A stretch of 61,735 bases of DNA from Patescibacteria group bacterium. GTDB lineage: Bacteria; Patescibacteriota; Patescibacteriia; UBA2196. Of the stretch, positions 58,416 to 61,735 are shown in pieces. The stretch covers positions 169,594 to 231,328 of the forward strand of contig DAIUDD010000001.1 in NCBI GenBank assembly GCA_036845805.1, written 5' to 3'. Both the position numbers and the translations under genes were made by a program. The first letter of the stretch is position 1. Each line of letters opens with the position of its first letter. A model generated the notes under the pieces. It made no database searches. It worked only from the letters and a program-made list of their open reading frames with translations, and was not told the origin of the DNA.

Positions 58416-59003
58416 ATGTCTGATCTTATCTTTTTTCTCTTTATTATTATTGGTGCTATTATCCATGAATATGCTCACGGCTGGACCGCTGACAAACTAG
58501 GGGATCCAACCGCCAGAAACGCCGGCCGTTTAACTTTAAACCCATTGGCCCATATTGATATTTTTGGCACCATTATCTTACCATTTCTAATGGTCCTAAG
58601 TTTTGGTTCAGCTTTTGGTTATGCCAAACCCGTGCCCTATAATCCCTATAACTTGCGCAATCAAAAAATCGATCCGGCTCTAATTGGTCTTTCTGGCCCT
58701 CTTTCTAATTTAATTCTTGCACTTATTTTTACCCTAATTATTCGTCTCTCTCCTTATTCTACTCTTAATTTAATCCTAAGTCTTGGTGTTTTGGCTAATT
58801 TAGCTTTATTAATCTTTAACCTAATTCCCATTCCACCCTTAGATGGCTCAAAATTACTTTATGCGCTTCTGCCCGCCGATTCCTGGCGCCTCAAAGCATC
58901 ATTAGAAAAATATGGTATTTTCATTTTAATCTTCTTTATTTTTTCCCTATCGCGCCTCATCAGTCCTTTAATTTTCTGGTGCTACCAACTATTAATGCCC
59001 TAA
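58416..59003 (+). CDS. Site-2 protease, M50 family
   Basis: HEYAHG, NPLAHID, AGP-like LSGP, NLIPIPPLDG. Confidence 0.93.
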   Translation: MSDLIFFLFIIIGAIIHEYAHGWTADKLGDPTARNAGRLTLNPLAHIDIFGTIILPFLMVLSFGSAFGYAKPVPYNPYNLRNQKIDPALIGLSGPLSNLILALIFTLIIRLSPYSTLNLILSLGVLANLALLIFNLIPIPPLDGSKLLYALLPADSWRLKASLEKYGIFILIFFIFSLSRLISPLIFWCYQLLMP

Positions 59004-59157
59004 AAAAAGAAATTCCTTGCCTTTTTTATTTTTCCCTTTATTTCTTAATTTCTAATTTCTTTATTTCTTATCTTTTGACATTTGACATCCTTTAATTTAT
59101 AATCTATAATCATATTAATGCTTTTTATAAAGCTTTTTTTGTAAACTTTTAATATCT

Positions 59158-59577
59158 ATGCCAACTATTAGTCAATTAATTAAAAAGGGACGTTCTTCCA
59201 AAAGCAAAAAAACCAAAACACCGGCTTTGCAGTCAACCTTGAACGCCTTAAAAAGAACTAGCCGCGAACTGCCCAAGGGTTCGCCTTTTAAACGTGGCGT
59301 CTGCCTTAAAGTCACTACTAAAACGCCAAAAAAACCTAATTCTGCCTTAAGAAAAATAGCCCGTGTACGTCTTTCTAATGGTCAAGAAGTTACTGCCTAT
59401 ATTCCCGGCGAAGGTCATAATTTGCAAGAACACTCCATTGTTATGCTGCGCGGTGGCAGAGTAAAGGATTTGCCCGGCGTGCGCTATCATATTGTCCGTG
59501 GCCGTTATGACACTCAAGGCGTGGAAAACAGAAAACGCGGTCGCAGCTTATACGGTGTTAAAAGAGGTAAAAAATAA
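59158..59577 (+). CDS. rpsL: 30S ribosomal protein S12
   Basis: [23 protein letters not shown]. Confidence 0.99.
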   Translation: MPTISQLIKKGRSSKSKKTKTPALQSTLNALKRTSRELPKGSPFKRGVCLKVTTKTPKKPNSALRKIARVRLSNGQEVTAYIPGEGHNLQEHSIVMLRGGRVKDLPGVRYHIVRGRYDTQGVENRKRGRSLYGVKRGKK

Positions 59578-59663
59578 ACTTCTATGTTTATTTTCTATGT
59601 TTAAAAATTAAAAATTGAAAATTATTTTAAAATTTAAAATTAAAAATTCAAAATTTGAAAGTT

Positions 59664-60137
59664 ATGCGTGGTAAACCAGCACCCAAAAAATCAATCCAAC
59701 CCGATCCTAAATTCAACCGCCTTGATATCGCTAAATTTATCAACTATATTATGCAGCGCGGCAAAAAAACAGTAGCTCAAAAAAACATCTACCGCGCTTT
59801 TGAAATTATTCAAGCTAAAGAAAAAAAAGATGCCCTGCAAGTTTTTGACCAAGCGATTAAAAAAGTCGGGCCTAGTGTGGAAGTACGTGGTAAACGTGTT
59901 GGCGGCGCTAATTATCAAGTGCCTTTCCCTGTACGTGATGACCGCCGCTTCACCTTAGCCTGCCGCTGGATTTTAACTGCTGCCAAAGCGCTTAAAGGCA
60001 AGCCCTTGGCCGAACGTCTGGCCCAAGTTCTGATTGATTCCTCTAATGGTGAAGGTCCGGCTGTTAAAAAACGCGAAGATGTCCATCGTATGGCCGAAGC
60101 TAATAAAGCTTTTGCCCATTTTGCCAAATTCGGCTAG
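59664..60137 (+). CDS. rpsG: 30S ribosomal protein S7
   Basis: RVGGANYQVP, HRMAEANKAFAH; start at ATG 59664. Confidence 0.97.
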   Translation: MRGKPAPKKSIQPDPKFNRLDIAKFINYIMQRGKKTVAQKNIYRAFEIIQAKEKKDALQVFDQAIKKVGPSVEVRGKRVGGANYQVPFPVRDDRRFTLACRWILTAAKALKGKPLAERLAQVLIDSSNGEGPAVKKREDVHRMAEANKAFAHFAKFG

Positions 60138-60296
60138 TTTTTACGTTAAACAAAAATTGAACTGCTTCAATTTTTGTAGCAAAAACGAACACTTTGTTAT
60201 CCTGCCTTGGTGGGATCAAGGTGACCTACACTTTAAAACTTTAAAATCAATTTCTATTTAGAATTTAAAATTAAAAATTTAAAATTTTTTTTATTT

Positions 60297-61735
60297 ATGC
60301 CCCGTGAATATTCCTTAGAAAAAACTCGAAACATTGGCATTATGGCCCATATTGACGCTGGTAAAACCACCACAACCGAGCGTGTTTTATTTTACACTGG
60401 TAAAAAACATAAAATTGGCGAAGTCCACGAAGGCGAAGCCGAAATGGACTGGATGGACCAGGAAAAAGAACGGGGGATTACTATTACTTCGGCTGCCACG
60501 ACCTGTTTTTGGAAAGATCACCGTATTAATATTATTGATACTCCCGGCCACGTCGATTTTACTGTCGAAGTTGAAAGATCACTACGGGTACTTGATGGCG
60601 CGGTGGCTGTTTTCGATGCTTCCCAAGGGGTGGAACCACAATCTGAAACTGTTTGGCATCAAGCCGAAAAATATCAAGTGCCGCGCATTTGTTATGCTAA
60701 TAAAATGAAAAAATTGGGCGCAGACTTTTATATGACTTTAAATTCTATTAAAAGCCGTCTCACCGACAAAGCCGTTGCTATCCAATTGCCCATTGGCATG
60801 GACAGTACTTTTGAAGGCATGATTGATTTAATAGAAAAAAAGGCCTATCATTTTGAGGGTACCCGCGGCGAACAAGTTGTAGAAATTCCCGTGCCCGAAA
60901 ATATGACTGCGGAAGTAAAAAAATATCATGATCTAATAATTGAAAAAGTGGCCGAAACCGATGAAAAATTAACTCACAAATATTTAAATGGCGAAGAAAT
61001 AACAATTGAAGAAATTAAAAAAGCCCTGCGCGCCGCAGTAATTAAAAATGATTTATTTCCAGTGATGTGTGGTGATGCTTTGGATAATAAAGGCATTCAG
61101 TTGGTTTTAGACGCTGTTGTGGAATATTTACCCGCCCCGACCGATATTCCCGCCATTATTGGTTTTGAACCAGGCAAAGAAGAAAATAAAATTGAAAGAC
61201 ATGCATCAGATACAGAACCATTTTCTGGTTTGGCTTTTAAAATTGCTACTGACCCTTATGTTGGTACTTTAACATTCTTTCGAGTTTATTCTGGCACTGT
61301 CAAAGCTGGCAGTTACGTTTATAATTCCACTTCTGGTCAAAAAGAAAGATTTGGACGTCTTTTAAGAATGCACGCCAACCACCGTGAAGATGTGGAAGAG
61401 GTCTATGCCGGTGAAATTGCCGCCGCTGTTGGTTTAAAAAACACCACTACTGGTGATACGCTTTGCGATGAAAACCAACCTATTATTTTAGAAAAGATTA
61501 TCTTCCCCGAGCCTGTCATTCAAATTGCGATCGAACCCAAAACAAAAGCTGACCAAGAAAAAATGGGGTTGGCTCTTCAAAAACTGGCTCAAGAAGATCC
61601 CACTTTTAAAATATCAACCGACGAAGAAACATTAGAAACCATCATTGCGGGTATGGGTGAATTACACTTGGAGGTTTTAGTGGAAAGAATGCGCCGAGAA
61701 TTTAGTGTTGATTGTAATGTTGGCGCCCCGCAAGT
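60297..61735 (+). CDS. fusA: Elongation factor G (partial, runs off the window)
   Basis: [50 protein letters not shown]; absent from the ORF track because it has no stop in the window. Confidence 0.97.
   Translation, partial: MPREYSLEKTRNIGIMAHIDAGKTTTTERVLFYTGKKHKIGEVHEGEAEMDWMDQEKERGITITSAATTCFWKDHRINIIDTPGHVDFTVEVERSLRVLDGAVAVFDASQGVEPQSETVWHQAEKYQVPRICYANKMKKLGADFYMTLNSIKSRLTDKAVAIQLPIGMDSTFEGMIDLIEKKAYHFEGTRGEQVVEIPVPENMTAEVKKYHDLIIEKVAETDEKLTHKYLNGEEITIEEIKKALRAAVIKNDLFPVMCGDALDNKGIQLVLDAVVEYLPAPTDIPAIIGFEPGKEENKIERHASDTEPFSGLAFKIATDPYVGTLTFFRVYSGTVKAGSYVYNSTSGQKERFGRLLRMHANHREDVEEVYAGEIAAAVGLKNTTTGDTLCDENQPIILEKIIFPEPVIQIAIEPKTKADQEKMGLALQKLAQEDPTFKISTDEETLETIIAGMGELHLEVLVERMRREFSVDCNVGAPQ

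Noticed and set aside
1783-61005. Many 60-130 aa ORFs overlapping or antisense to known genes
   Set aside because: Shadow ORFs with no motifs

Overview
AT-rich bacterial chromosome segment read with the standard genetic code. Gene content and style (two mreB, short EF-Ts, DUF4012/DUF5654-type proteins, few Shine-Dalgarno sites) suggest a Patescibacteria/CPR (Parcubacteria-like) organism; this taxonomy is inference. The window holds surface-glycosylation genes, translation genes (prmC, prfA, rpmE, rpsB, tsf, rplJL, lepA, ychF, rpmB, rpsL, rpsG, partial fusA), parAB, a short RelA/SpoT, mreBCD, ftsEX, a two-gene [FeFe]-hydrogenase next to pgk and eno, an ECF sigma module and four tRNA loci. I found no CRISPR array, integrase, transposase or reverse transcriptase. 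The most unusual signal is non-coding. At two loci an intact tRNA (Thr-CGT, Pro-GGG), bracketed by its own inverted repeat, sits inside the anticodon loop of a second, split tRNA of the same isotype, whose other loops carry hairpin inserts. Also present: hairpin elements nested in the loops of other hairpins, a GxxExxY gene flanked by inverted 8-mer arrays, empty inverted 7/8-mer arrays at gene junctions, and the same array and palindrome families inserted in frame in PrmC, Pgk, Eno, YchF and glycosyltransferases. All calls come from reading the sequence by eye; no searches were run.
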